The notes under the pieces are model-generated. The model was not told the origin of the DNA and ran no database searches. It was given only the letters and a program-made list of their open reading frames with translations. From a virus: 64,000 bases of DNA. Numbering within the stretch: position 1 is the first letter of the stretch; the number at the start of each line of letters is the position of its first letter. Made by a program: the position numbers and the translations under genes. Positions 17,847 to 27,464 of this stretch are shown here, piece after piece. The stretch is from IMG/VR virus record IMGVR_UViG_3300015360_000024, positions 1-64,000 of that record, one strand, 5' to 3'.

Positions 17847-18965
17847 CTACACCTGCTCAAGGGTGGCGGCGGCATTCTTCCATGGCCAGACCGCACCTGC
17901 CCCGAGTGCAACGAACCAGTTCGTTCTGGCTGGATCTGAAATCGGGTTATCTCCGACATCTAGGCCCGGAACGAATACGCCCACCGACGGGCTAGTATTG
18001 ACCGTCGTTACCATCTGCGACCAGTCGATCACCGAGGCCCATGGTCCATCCAGCTGAACAGTCTTCTCTCCCCAGAGAATGATAGGCCAGCAAAGAGCAC
18101 CAGTCCCACCCATGGAAGCGCAAAATGTACTGGCGAACGACGCGACAATACCGCCGTTGGCGAGCGTACTACTGTTCATTGCACCATCACCGGAGGCGTA
18201 AACGCTTGCGCCGTACATGCGACAAACGCGAGAGACAGCAGCGGTAAATACGCGTCCACCCCACCCGCGAAATGAGGCGGCGCCGATCGCCAGCGCGCCC
18301 ATTTCTGGATAGACAGGTGTGGCCACGTTGGTGGCATCGTTCAGTAGCTCCCTGGACATCCTGATGAAGTTTCCGAACACATAGGGAACGGGAAGCGTTA
18401 GCGACGGAGCTACTCTGGTCACCTTGTCGTACGAGAGCCCAGAGATTAGAACGCTGTTCCTGAAAACGGCGCACCGCCACGCAGTCGTATCGTTCGCGCA
18501 GAAAATCGACATAACTCGATCGAGAGATGCCGTTGGATCGATAACCGTAGTAGCTGCACTGATGATTATTTCGTCGGTGGCGGTTGGCTGAAACCTCGTC
18601 GTTCCATCCAGCGTAAAAAGTGCGCCAGGCGAGTACGAGATGCGCATAATGTCATCGCTCGCGCCCTGATATGCGAACAGCATCTGCGTTCCGTCTGCGT
18701 TTTGAAGGACGTACCAGGACTGCGCGGCGCCAGCGATCGTCGCGCGGGTCGCAAACGTTGCTGCGCTTGTGATGCGGTCGGTCGTGTCACCTGCGCCTGA
18801 CGGCCCCGTTGTCCCATTGGACGTGAACTTGACCGTCCATCCAACGGCGAGCATGCGCGTCTTGTTTTCATACGCGTACCAACCAGAGACCCCGACAAGC
18901 GTCGTGAAGGCCTGACGCACATTGGGGGAGACGGTCCAGTTCTTCTGCAGCTGAGGGAATGTCAT
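17847..18965 (-). CDS. paralog A1, probable virion/tail-associated protein
   Basis: 372 aa, paralog of A2 and A3. Confidence 0.8.
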   Translation of the reverse strand: MTFPQLQKNWTVSPNVRQAFTTLVGVSGWYAYENKTRMLAVGWTVKFTSNGTTGPSGAGDTTDRITSAATFATRATIAGAAQSWYVLQNADGTQMLFAYQGASDDIMRISYSPGALFTLDGTTRFQPTATDEIIISAATTVIDPTASLDRVMSIFCANDTTAWRCAVFRNSVLISGLSYDKVTRVAPSLTLPVPYVFGNFIRMSRELLNDATNVATPVYPEMGALAIGAASFRGWGGRVFTAAVSRVCRMYGASVYASGDGAMNSSTLANGGIVASFASTFCASMGGTGALCWPIILWGEKTVQLDGPWASVIDWSQMVTTVNTSPSVGVFVPGLDVGDNPISDPARTNWFVALGAGAVWPWKNAAATLEQV

Positions 18966-19229
18966 GGTTAGATCTGGTCCGTTTTTTGTGGGTTAGATCA
19001 GGATCTGCGTCGTTTTGGTTATTGCACGGAACGAGCGATCCGATCAACCAACCATAACCCCAGCTGGAGGTGGCAATCCGGAGTCCTTGGACTCCCTGTG
19101 GAATCGATGTGGACAACCTGTGAGTGTTTGGAATTCTTGACAATGGAGACGCTCGACGCTACTCCAGCATCCTTCGAAAACGAACGGACGTGCAGGGGAA
19201 CGCCGTCCAACAACACAAGGGTGAAGACG

Positions 19230-19586
19230 ATGATCGAGATGAGAAACGAGTTGAAGTCCTTTGCTGTACTCCAGGAGCAAGTCCTTCGTGGGCATGACGA
19301 AACCAAGGGGCAGGCCTGGCGGACCGACAGCCTCCAGGCGCTGATGTCCAGGCTGGCCGAGGAGTTCGGCGAGGTGATCACCCATGCCTTCGGCCAGGAC
19401 CCGGTCTGCGACTTCCTGATCGCTTCACTCAGGGACCACATCGAGGAATGTGGGGTCAACCTCGACTACAATCCGGAGACGTTCCGCAAGGAACTCGCGG
19501 ATGTTGCGAACTTCTGCATGATGCTCGCAGACGTCGCACCGAAGGTCGATCCGCGCCACTCCGACACCTCGACGGTCCAGGCCTGA
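19230..19586 (+). CDS. MazG-like nucleotide pyrophosphohydrolase-fold protein
   Basis: RLAEEFGEV...KELADVANFCMML (EExxE...ExxD). Confidence 0.65.
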   Translation: MIEMRNELKSFAVLQEQVLRGHDETKGQAWRTDSLQALMSRLAEEFGEVITHAFGQDPVCDFLIASLRDHIEECGVNLDYNPETFRKELADVANFCMMLADVAPKVDPRHSDTSTVQA

Positions 19587-19834
19587 TGTCGTTTCGTTGC
19601 GACTTCTGTTTGAAGCCACAAGCGGCCGGTATCAGGCCGCAGGCAGTCGTAACCAAGGTCAGGAACCGCGAGTACAACGCGATGGGTGGAATTATCCTCG
19701 GAAGCGAAATCGCCGAGGAGAAGCGTGCCTGTCCGACCTGCTATCGCGAAGCGGCGCCTGAGACAATCTCACCGTTGAATCCAGTGCTCGATGCTGCATT
19801 CAACGCCGTTCTCAGCGAACCGCCCGGCAACTGA
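19586..19834 (+). CDS. hypothetical Zn-ribbon protein
   Basis: CDFC...CPTC. Confidence 0.55.
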   Translation: MSFRCDFCLKPQAAGIRPQAVVTKVRNREYNAMGGIILGSEIAEEKRACPTCYREAAPETISPLNPVLDAAFNAVLSEPPGN

Positions 19835-20263
19835 CTCCAGCCGGAAGCGTTCCTCGTAACTAGGGAAGGTGACGTCGCAGTCGAACGACGCGCCGACTCT
19901 GGTTATCCACAGCTCGGTGCAGTCCGAGTTGGTGATCGCTTGCGCGTAGATTTCTCCGCCGCCAATTACGAACACCTTGGCGGCTGGGATTTGCAGCGCG
20001 TCTTCTAGGCTCGCTGCGGTAACGGCACCAGCGAAGCTAGAACCGCTACGCGTGAGCACCACGTTCATGCGACCAGGCAGTGGCCGGAACTTCTCCGGGA
20101 TCGACTCCCACGTCTTCCGGCCCATGATGACGGAGTTCTCCGTGCCATCCATGGTCAGCTCTCGGAAGTGTTTCATGTCCGCCTTGAGTCTCCAGGGGAG
20201 CGCTCCGGTCTTTCCAATCCCAAGCTTGGCGTCGATCGCCACGACGATGGAGAAGGGCTGCAT
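19769..20263 (-). CDS. folA: dihydrofolate reductase
   Basis: IVVAID...GIG..GALPWRLKADMKHFRELT...VIMGRKTWESIP...PLPGRMNVVLTR...VIGGGEIY...CDVTFP. Confidence 0.95.
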   Translation of the reverse strand: MQPFSIVVAIDAKLGIGKTGALPWRLKADMKHFRELTMDGTENSVIMGRKTWESIPEKFRPLPGRMNVVLTRSGSSFAGAVTAASLEDALQIPAAKVFVIGGGEIYAQAITNSDCTELWITRVGASFDCDVTFPSYEERFRLESVAGRFAENGVECSIEHWIQR

Positions 20264-20306
20264 CGTCGCAGTCTAGATGTGAGCTGGCCAATTTCCAAGT
20301 AGTCTC

Positions 20307-20915
20307 ATGGCGATGTATCAGATCGGACAAGATGGCCGGTACTTCATCAAGTACGGCGTCGAGTCATGGCTTGGCGACGATGACTCGACGTATCTGCTCC
20401 AGATTGAAGGAGTTGTCCTGTATTCGCCTGCAGACCAGGAGGGCGTCGTCTGCGGACGCCTCCGAGCCTACGTACTTCAGGCCGAGGAGATGATCCAGCG
20501 TGGAAGGTTCGACGTCGAAGCATGGGAAGACGAGGACGAGCTGGACGACATCGCGAAGACGATCTACACGGTCGCCGGATCGTGGTCAGCCGGAATAAAG
20601 GCTGTCTGGCCGGACGTAGAAAAGATGGATGTACTCGTAATAGAAGAGATTTTCCTGGAAAAGGAGCATCGAAGAGTTGGCCTTGGACTGCTAATCGCCG
20701 ACCGTACGATCTCGGTGTTCGGCAGGGGGTGTGGACTAGTAGTCGTGAGCCCGTGGCCGACTGATGTCGAGAACCGTGGAGACGAGGAGTCCCACAAGGC
20801 TGCCCATCGGAAGATCGGAAGTTATTCTCAACGTTTAGGATTCAAGAGCGTGCCTGGCAGCGATCTATGGGCAAGGTCCCTGGAGCACGCACCGGAGCGC
20901 AATGGCAGCAACTGA
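20307..20915 (+). CDS. GNAT-like fold hypothetical protein
   Basis: VLVIEEIFLEKEHRRVGLG resembles the acetyl-CoA-binding motif A; ends with RLGFK. Confidence 0.55.
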   Translation: MAMYQIGQDGRYFIKYGVESWLGDDDSTYLLQIEGVVLYSPADQEGVVCGRLRAYVLQAEEMIQRGRFDVEAWEDEDELDDIAKTIYTVAGSWSAGIKAVWPDVEKMDVLVIEEIFLEKEHRRVGLGLLIADRTISVFGRGCGLVVVSPWPTDVENRGDEESHKAAHRKIGSYSQRLGFKSVPGSDLWARSLEHAPERNGSN

Positions 20916-20998
20916 GCCCTGTGATTCGTAACGTTTTAGTGGAGATATCCTTGTAATCCAACGTTCTTCTACCGAAGCTAAAACAACTGGGGGCAGCG

Positions 20999-21247
20999 AT
21001 GAAAGAAGAGATTCTCTCCGCAGTCAGGCCGCATGTGTTTCGCGACACCGTCATGAAGGTATCGAGCATGCTTGATCAATATCGCGCTGAGCTGGAGCAA
21101 TCGAAGTCCGAAAACGAGGCTCTACTAGGAGATCAGGTTCATCATTTACTCAGGGCCCTGACGATAATCTCAGAGGTGCCTGAAACTAGCGACGGGGCTA
21201 CAATGGCCAGGGGTATAGCCAAAGAGGCTCTCTCAACTCTGCGCTAA
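20999..21247 (+). CDS. hypothetical coiled-coil protein
   Basis: 82 aa. Confidence 0.6.
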   Translation: MKEEILSAVRPHVFRDTVMKVSSMLDQYRAELEQSKSENEALLGDQVHHLLRALTIISEVPETSDGATMARGIAKEALSTLR

Positions 21248-21253
21248 GTCGAA

Positions 21254-21445
21254 ATGGCGGATCAAGATTACAAAGACGTCCTGAACCGCATCGCCGACGG
21301 GCTTGAGCGGCTTACGGAGGCTCTTGAGAAGCGAAACGCGGCGGACGAGAAACTGTCTCGCTGTCCGACATGCAGCGGCGACGGCAAGGGCTATGGTCAG
21401 ACGCGCTGTATTCGCTGTGGCGGCACGGGCGTAAAGCAGTCTTGA
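21254..21445 (+). CDS. small DnaJ-type zinc-finger protein
   Basis: CPTCSGDG...CIRCGGTG. Confidence 0.65.
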   Translation: MADQDYKDVLNRIADGLERLTEALEKRNAADEKLSRCPTCSGDGKGYGQTRCIRCGGTGVKQS

Positions 21446-21490
21446 CCAGCGAGCATCATCGCGATGCGATATTCTGGATCGTGAGGATCT

Positions 21491-21889
21491 ATGAACATCA
21501 GCAAGTTGCAGAAGACGATGAGGGTGCTGTACCTGTACCTCACCATCCCTCTGTTTATCGTCACGATGGTGCTTACCGCTCTCGCTCTGATGTCTGCTAC
21601 CGGACCAAGGAAGAACGCCAAGCCAGAGGTTCCATCCGGCTATGGATCTGCGGCATCTGCCGGCTCCGGGTCAGCGGATGACATTCCATCAAGCGGACTG
21701 CGTCGCCCAGCTGTTGAGATCAAACAGCCTGAGGTAAAGAAGGAAGAGGCCTCCGACACGACGGCTGGGCAGGCTGCCCTGATCGCAGCGATCACTACCG
21801 GGATTACTGGTTTGCTCGGAGCGATCATGCAAGCCGTCGTCGCGTTCCTCAAGGCGAAGGAAAAACGTCGCTCTCCAGAAGACGTGTAA
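21491..21889 (+). CDS. membrane protein with two TM segments
   Basis: Hydrophobic N- and C-terminal helices. Confidence 0.65.
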   Translation: MNISKLQKTMRVLYLYLTIPLFIVTMVLTALALMSATGPRKNAKPEVPSGYGSAASAGSGSADDIPSSGLRRPAVEIKQPEVKKEEASDTTAGQAALIAAITTGITGLLGAIMQAVVAFLKAKEKRRSPEDV

Positions 21890-21971
21890 AATCATACAGG
21901 TTCCCAAGTCTCGTCGTTGTTGGTCTTTTTCAAAAAGACCTGTCTTGACAATCAGGTGTCTCCGCTGTCTT

Positions 21972-22409
21972 ATGGCAGCTGGTATGGCATCTGAGAAGAC
22001 GAAGACGTGTAAGGGGCCTTGTCACAAGACGAAGCCCTTCGGCGAATTTCCCAACTCAGCCAAGGCTAAGGACGGGAAGCTGGGATTCTGCGACGTCTGC
22101 TGGTCGAAAAAGATGTCCCGCTCCGCCAGGAAGCGCTTCGCTCCGGATAAGAAGTCCAAGGCTAGGATTGGTCGGCCGCCAGGGTCCAAGACCAAGTCGA
22201 AAATTTCTATTGCGGACGCGAACGCCGCCTTAAAGGCTGCGTCTGCGACGAGGGACACGTTCCTTGTGAGAGCGAACGACGGCGATATGGCCGAGTTCAC
22301 CGAAGAAGCCAAGGCGCTGCGCCTCGCTATGGAATGGCAGATGGCCGGATATTCCGTGACCGTCTGGCGTCAATGCAAGTTCGAGATGATTCTGCGGATC
22401 ATTGGATAG
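21972..22409 (+). CDS. Zn-finger protein with AT-hook-like GRP motif
   Basis: KTCKGPCHKTK...CDVC; RIGRPPGSK. Confidence 0.6.
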   Translation: MAAGMASEKTKTCKGPCHKTKPFGEFPNSAKAKDGKLGFCDVCWSKKMSRSARKRFAPDKKSKARIGRPPGSKTKSKISIADANAALKAASATRDTFLVRANDGDMAEFTEEAKALRLAMEWQMAGYSVTVWRQCKFEMILRIIG

Positions 22410-22420
22410 GGAAAGGGATC

Positions 22421-22798
22421 ATGAGAGAGCTAACGCTAAAGACATTCGCTCACGTCAGCTTCCACAAGTCGGAAGAGACGAACTTCAACGAGTTCATCAG
22501 GACGAAGTACGGCTCCACCATCAAGAAGGGTGAGGGCGTCATGTTCATCAGCAAGGGTGGAGACCAGTACGTCTTCGTCGAACCGCCCGAGAACATCGAG
22601 CACGTCATGCTGAGCGGTAAGAAGGTGAAGGTGAAGGTCATCGCCTCTCAGCGCTTCCGTATTCGCGGCGCTAAGTGGTCCCCCGAGATGCTGTCCGTCT
22701 ACGGCGAGAGGGCCGGGTATCGCATCGTTTGGATCAAGCGCTTCGAGTGGTTCCTCAAGGAGGGTGTCCTTGAGGCAGCAGGCAAGAAGGCCGCATAA
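22421..22798 (+). CDS. hypothetical protein
   Basis: 125 aa. Confidence 0.65.
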   Translation: MRELTLKTFAHVSFHKSEETNFNEFIRTKYGSTIKKGEGVMFISKGGDQYVFVEPPENIEHVMLSGKKVKVKVIASQRFRIRGAKWSPEMLSVYGERAGYRIVWIKRFEWFLKEGVLEAAGKKAA

Positions 22799-22953
22799 AT
22801 ATTCTGTGCTATGTTCGATGAATAAATCGAGCGGATGAGCCCTCCTTGAGAGGGTGATGAACCGAACAGTACTGCGACGCCCAGATGACTTGACGTAAGG
22901 GGTGCGCCACGTGGCCTTGGAGGCCATGGCCTCTCAGGAAGGGCGATGCGCTG

Positions 22954-23787
22954 GTGGTCGACATGAGCTTGGCGCGCGTCCGTGCGGGGGCTACAGATCC
23001 GCGAGAAGTAAAGAAGCTCCTTGCCCGAGGCGTTTCGGTGTTCTCTCGTGGGTCTCTCCACGCGAAGTTCTTCATCATCGACAAGGTGGTGATTGCCGGC
23101 TCATCGAACATCTCCAGCCACGCAAAGAACTCCCTCGATGAGGCCGCCGTTCTAACCGACGACTCTGCTGCCGTCCTTCGCGCTCGTACGACCTTTGAGA
23201 AGTTATGCACCGAGCCCGTTCGCAAGGACTACTTGGCCAAGTGCATCAAGGAGTATCGGCCGCCCAAGTTCACTGGCCATTCAACAGCGGGGACTAAGAA
23301 GGGCAAGAAGATCGTCCGGTCAAAGCTCTGGATCATCGGAGGGCTCCGTTACATCTCGATTCCCAAGGATGAAGAATCGAGCGTGCAAGCAGTCGTTAAC
23401 AAGGCCACCAAGAAGCTGCTCGACTTCGAGAAGAGCGAGGTCGACTACTGTCACTACCCAGCGAAGGAGGCGTTCTTTTCGTCTCTACGAGAAGGTGACT
23501 GGGTTCTTCGATGTCTCCTTGATGGCAAGGGCTACGATGTCTGGGCGCCCGGAAGATTCCTCGGCGTTGAGAACTATCCACGCGACCGAGGGAAGCACCG
23601 TTACTTGTTGTTATTCGAGGATCCTCTGGAGGCTGAAGCAATTAGATGGACGGCGTTCCGAGCGCTTGCGCCAATGAAACTACCGGCGGTCCCACGAAGG
23701 CTCGCCGTGCAGGACGATGCCGATGCCGATGCCATCCTGCGCCTCTGGGATAGTCGTGGTCGGTTCAAGAAGTCGAAGCGTCTTTGA
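22954..23787 (+). CDS. phospholipase D-superfamily (HKD) nuclease-like protein
   Basis: LHAKFFIIDKVVIAGSSNIS (HxK...GSxN); N-terminus may be truncated. Confidence 0.8.
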   Translation: MVDMSLARVRAGATDPREVKKLLARGVSVFSRGSLHAKFFIIDKVVIAGSSNISSHAKNSLDEAAVLTDDSAAVLRARTTFEKLCTEPVRKDYLAKCIKEYRPPKFTGHSTAGTKKGKKIVRSKLWIIGGLRYISIPKDEESSVQAVVNKATKKLLDFEKSEVDYCHYPAKEAFFSSLREGDWVLRCLLDGKGYDVWAPGRFLGVENYPRDRGKHRYLLLFEDPLEAEAIRWTAFRALAPMKLPAVPRRLAVQDDADADAILRLWDSRGRFKKSKRL

Positions 23788-24195
23788 GGTCAGGACTGTG
23801 TTCCTTCGAGATAACTGAAGGCGCCTTGCGGCGCTCGCCGTTTCGGGTGGGTGCGTCGTGCCGACCGCCGTTCCTGAATTGACCGTGACGATTTTTGAAC
23901 GATGCGGAACGCCGTCTAGCACCGTGCTCGCGCCGGCCAGCGGGCAAGGCAGCGTTCGGCCAACTCGCCGAGTTCTTCGTTGATGAACGCGGGATGACGG
24001 TTCGCAGCGGCGGTGAGCGCACCGACGAAGAGCGCTAGCTCGAATGGATCGGCGACGAGCCACGTGACGACAGGGAGGGGTTCGAGATCGTGCATGAGCC
24101 CGCTATCGGGCGGTGCGGCTGCGGGTTGCGGATCAAGTAACGACGAGAAATCGATGGGCTTTTTTGACGTGCGTCCCTTCCCTCAACCGATCCAA

Positions 24196-24919
24196 TCATT
24201 GTGCGGTCGGTTGCTTCGCACAATTCGCGCAGTTCTCCGCAACGAGCAACTCGAACCCCGTCTGCACGTTCTTCAGGAAGTCGTCGGGCACTTTGGTCGT
24301 GCCCTGAAGGATCGTTGTGAGATCCGATGCGTCGATCCCAACGAGGTCGACAAACGTCGTGCGGCAGTCGTCACAGAAGCGATTGATGCGTGCGCGCGCA
24401 GAGAGGATCTCGGGGCTGACGTACGCCGGTGGCGCGCTGGGAGCTGAGGCCCTGGGTGGAGCCGGCTGCTTTCCTGCAGCGCGCGCCTTCAGAGCCCTGT
24501 CTATCTGTGCGAGGTGCCGCGTCGGGATGTCTTGTGATTTCTTAGCGCACGCAAGGAGAGAGCGCACACGTTCGTCGCCCAATGCTTGAAGGAAGGTGGC
24601 TCGCCCTTCCTTCGTGAGGCGCTCAAGCGATGCGCGGCTGATTGGATAGGCGTTGTCGAACTGCACCCACGTATCCGCAGGGAAACAGGTCTCCTGTTTT
24701 CCGGCGATGCGAAAGGCTCTTCCCGACGGCAGGCGAAGGCGAAGGCGATCCTGCATCGCTGTAGCGCGAGTCCCCTTTCGAGGTTGTAACCGCAACGAGT
24801 ACCTGCTCACCAGCCGGATCGCAGTCACCAAGGACCACGAGGTACTTCGTTCGCTCTCCTTCACCGTCCCCGAAGTCGATCAAGCCCCGCCACACCGCGC
24901 CCGCCCGGTACTCGATCAT
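24196..24919 (-). pseudogene. frameshifted putative PemK/MazF-like toxin downstream of a Panacea antitoxin
   Basis: Frame 1 YRAGAVW...KYLVVL...VLVAVTTSK; frame 2 continues ...ETCFPADTWVQFDNAY; shift at the (TCGCCT)x3 repeat near 24730-24750. Confidence 0.55.
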
Positions 24920-25494
24920 TTGAACAGCGCTGCCAGTTCTCGCTCCTCCTCGGCGATCTGTTCGGCCTGCTCCTTCGTGACGGAGTTGGGCTTTCCATCC
25001 AAGGCGCGCTCAAACGGGATGAGCGCTTGGGGGCGCTTCTCAATCTCGTAGATCTGGTGCCACAACGTTCCCCGAGCGTGAGTCACGTCAGTCATCTGTT
25101 TGCCGGTGGCCGTGAAGTAGACCTCGGCAAGATGTGTCATCGCTGCAAGCTCTCGCGGCGTGAAACATCCATCGTCAAACGCGCGACGCGGCTTGAACAC
25201 GAGCGCTGTGCCCCCGAAGTCTGGGTCGAGTTCAGCCATCGGCGCGATGAGAAGCGCCGACGTCATGTCGGCGTGCGGAGCCTTAAGCTCCTCGAACAGA
25301 TCCTTGGGAACAGGACCCATCGGCCACGCGAAGTAGCTGAGCCCGGTCGTCGTCTTTCCCGTCCTCTGAAAAATCTCGAAATCGAGGAGGCAGAGCAGTT
25401 TGAAGAGCTTGAGCTTGTGACACGAACGCGTGTTCTTCGTGAAGAAGATCATCGCGTTCAGAAGCTTCTCGCGTTGGATTTCCGCTCGGCTCAT
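24916..25494 (-). CDS. Panacea/DUF4065 (SocA-like) antitoxin
   Basis: KLKLFKLLCLLDFE...TGLSYFAWPMGPVPKDL...THARGTLW. Confidence 0.85.
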   Translation of the reverse strand: MSRAEIQREKLLNAMIFFTKNTRSCHKLKLFKLLCLLDFEIFQRTGKTTTGLSYFAWPMGPVPKDLFEELKAPHADMTSALLIAPMAELDPDFGGTALVFKPRRAFDDGCFTPRELAAMTHLAEVYFTATGKQMTDVTHARGTLWHQIYEIEKRPQALIPFERALDGKPNSVTKEQAEQIAEEERELAALFK

Positions 25495-25623
25495 TACAGG
25501 AAGGGGGATCTGCTAGCCTATCAAAGGGATACCAGGCAAGGTGCGCGAACGCCGGCCGTTACTAACCTGAGAAATTACGCAATACTAGCGCGGTGCGCCA
25601 AGGACGCGTAAAGGGTGGCTCGT

Positions 25624-25857
25624 TCAGACACGGCGGCGCGTAGGAGTCGCACGAGCCGCTCTCCACCGTGCGATGGCGCGTTTCGCTCGTCTGATATCCG
25701 TCGCTGTGAGCACACGAACGCTACGCCCGCTCCATGCCTCCGTGCGCCGCATCTTGGGGATAACCGACGCAGCTTCCAGCCGACGGAACGTGGTTTCGCT
25801 GATGCCGAGTTGCTTGCAGGCCGCCCCTAGCTCTGGCGGTGCGACGCTGCTGCCCAT
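25624..25857 (-). CDS. MerR-like HTH DNA-binding protein
   Basis: GAACKQLGISETTFRRLE...RVLTATDI. Confidence 0.65.
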   Translation of the reverse strand: MGSSVAPPELGAACKQLGISETTFRRLEAASVIPKMRRTEAWSGRSVRVLTATDIRRAKRAIARWRAARATPTRRRV

Positions 25858-26083
25858 GCCTTCTCAATTCAAAGACTACAAGGACTCGTTTTCCTGTCTT
25901 GCGTGTCGATCAACGTCCAAAATGGACGAGTTCAAGTGCAATGGATGTGGCACATTCGTGTGTGAGCACTTGGTTCTCGTCGATGGCGGGATGATGATTT
26001 GCTTCTGCTGTCACAAGGACAATGGCGAGGAAATCAAGTGGCCTGACTGGTCATACTCAATGGTCGAGGACAGGGATCCGTAG
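25856..26083 (+). CDS. Cys-rich small protein
   Basis: CLAC...CNGCGTFVCEH...CFCCH. Confidence 0.55.
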   Translation: MPSQFKDYKDSFSCLACRSTSKMDEFKCNGCGTFVCEHLVLVDGGMMICFCCHKDNGEEIKWPDWSYSMVEDRDP

Positions 26084-26167
26084 CAGCGCAAGCGTTTGCG
26101 CACCGATCTTGACAATTAGCGCTTGTGGTTGCACCGTTTTCGAAGTTTATGGAAGCGATGGTGCCGC

Positions 26168-26680
26168 ATGCCGCAAGCTGATTTTGATCCGCTGGATGGA
26201 CTAGACGATGACGACAAGGCCTACCTCACAGGCCACAAGACTGCGTTTGAAAGGCAGAAGAAGGCCCACGACACAGACGCCAAGCACAAGAAGGCGGCGG
26301 AAGATCACATTCGCACTACGCGCGAGGCTGCTGGCCTTCCGCCTGATGCGCCTATGCCAACCCCGCAAGTGGTCGCGGCAGTCTTGGCGACTCCTGTGGC
26401 GACTGGACGGGTCTCCCTGATGGTTGCCCGTCCAGAGACCAAGCCGAACGATCTACCGTCCACAACGGAGAAGTTCGCTCCTGACTGGAACAGCATGAAA
26501 GAGATGATCTCCAAGTACGACGGTACCTGGGTTATCTCGCGGCACGAGTTCTCAGTTCAGGTTGCGGACATCTTGGGGTTCTTCGGTAAAGATGGGTGGG
26601 AGAAGCCGGTGGAATCCGAGAAGGAAACATTCGAGGCGATCGTCAAGAGCGGTCGGGTATTCAGAACTGACCCAGCATAG
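26168..26680 (+). CDS. hypothetical protein
   Basis: 170 aa. Confidence 0.65.
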   Translation: MPQADFDPLDGLDDDDKAYLTGHKTAFERQKKAHDTDAKHKKAAEDHIRTTREAAGLPPDAPMPTPQVVAAVLATPVATGRVSLMVARPETKPNDLPSTTEKFAPDWNSMKEMISKYDGTWVISRHEFSVQVADILGFFGKDGWEKPVESEKETFEAIVKSGRVFRTDPA

Positions 26681-26682
26681 CC

Positions 26683-27096
26683 GTGGCGCTTCCTGAGGAA
26701 CGGCTGGTTGCCCTTGTGGGCAAGAGGACGGCTGACCTCCTGGCGAAGGCTAAGGTCGCAGCCGTCAGTGAGCAGGAATGTCTCGCGTGGGAGCGTGTTC
26801 GCGAGAAGTACGAGTTCGCCATGTCTGCGCTCTACATGATCGCCAGAAAGCCGCTGCGCGAGCCGGAGAATGACGCCAACGAGCTTCGGCATCTCGTTGA
26901 GGAAACCATGAAAATGATGGGAGTAGTGAACGGGGTTACGCCGTTCGACGATCTTCGATTCCAGCTCGCCAAAGAAGAGGCGTGGCGCGTGGAGGCTTCG
27001 GAAATCCTGAGGTCAGTCCTTGACCTTAGTCTCAGAGACAAGGCCATCGAAATGGCTATCAGATCTTTGCTTGGTATAAGATCTACGGAGCCATGA
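26683..27096 (+). CDS. hypothetical protein
   Basis: 137 aa. Confidence 0.65.
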   Translation: MALPEERLVALVGKRTADLLAKAKVAAVSEQECLAWERVREKYEFAMSALYMIARKPLREPENDANELRHLVEETMKMMGVVNGVTPFDDLRFQLAKEEAWRVEASEILRSVLDLSLRDKAIEMAIRSLLGIRSTEP

Positions 27097-27464
27097 TACG
27101 CGCACGAGATGGGTTGAAGATGATCGCCGACGCCATTTCAAGGAAGCGAGACACAGCAGCAGTGCTCGTCCCGAGACGTCTTGCAGTTGCTCTCGTCGAT
27201 GAGATGTACCCACAACCAGCTCGTCACGGGCTAGAGGTCGTCGACGACGCTCTCGACATTGCCGTTGACCGAGCACGGGACAAGTACCTCAAGCTTGTTT
27301 CGCAGGGTGGATACATCGGAACTCTCATGTCAGTTCCAATGGTAGTGGCCGATGACGTCGTCGTCTGCTCCCTAACGGAGCAAGAGCTGGTGGATTCCGC
27401 AGGTCGACTTGGCGTTGACATGGGCGAGGTTGTCCGTGATCGGCGCCGCACTGGAGCAGCCTGA
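27093..27464 (+). CDS. hypothetical protein
   Basis: 123 aa, ATGA overlap. Confidence 0.65.
   Translation: MIRARDGLKMIADAISRKRDTAAVLVPRRLAVALVDEMYPQPARHGLEVVDDALDIAVDRARDKYLKLVSQGGYIGTLMSVPMVVADDVVVCSLTEQELVDSAGRLGVDMGEVVRDRRRTGAA

Noticed and set aside
19098-19229. Upstream extension of the MazG-like ORF
   Set aside because: Low coding character; a later start at 19230 is more plausible
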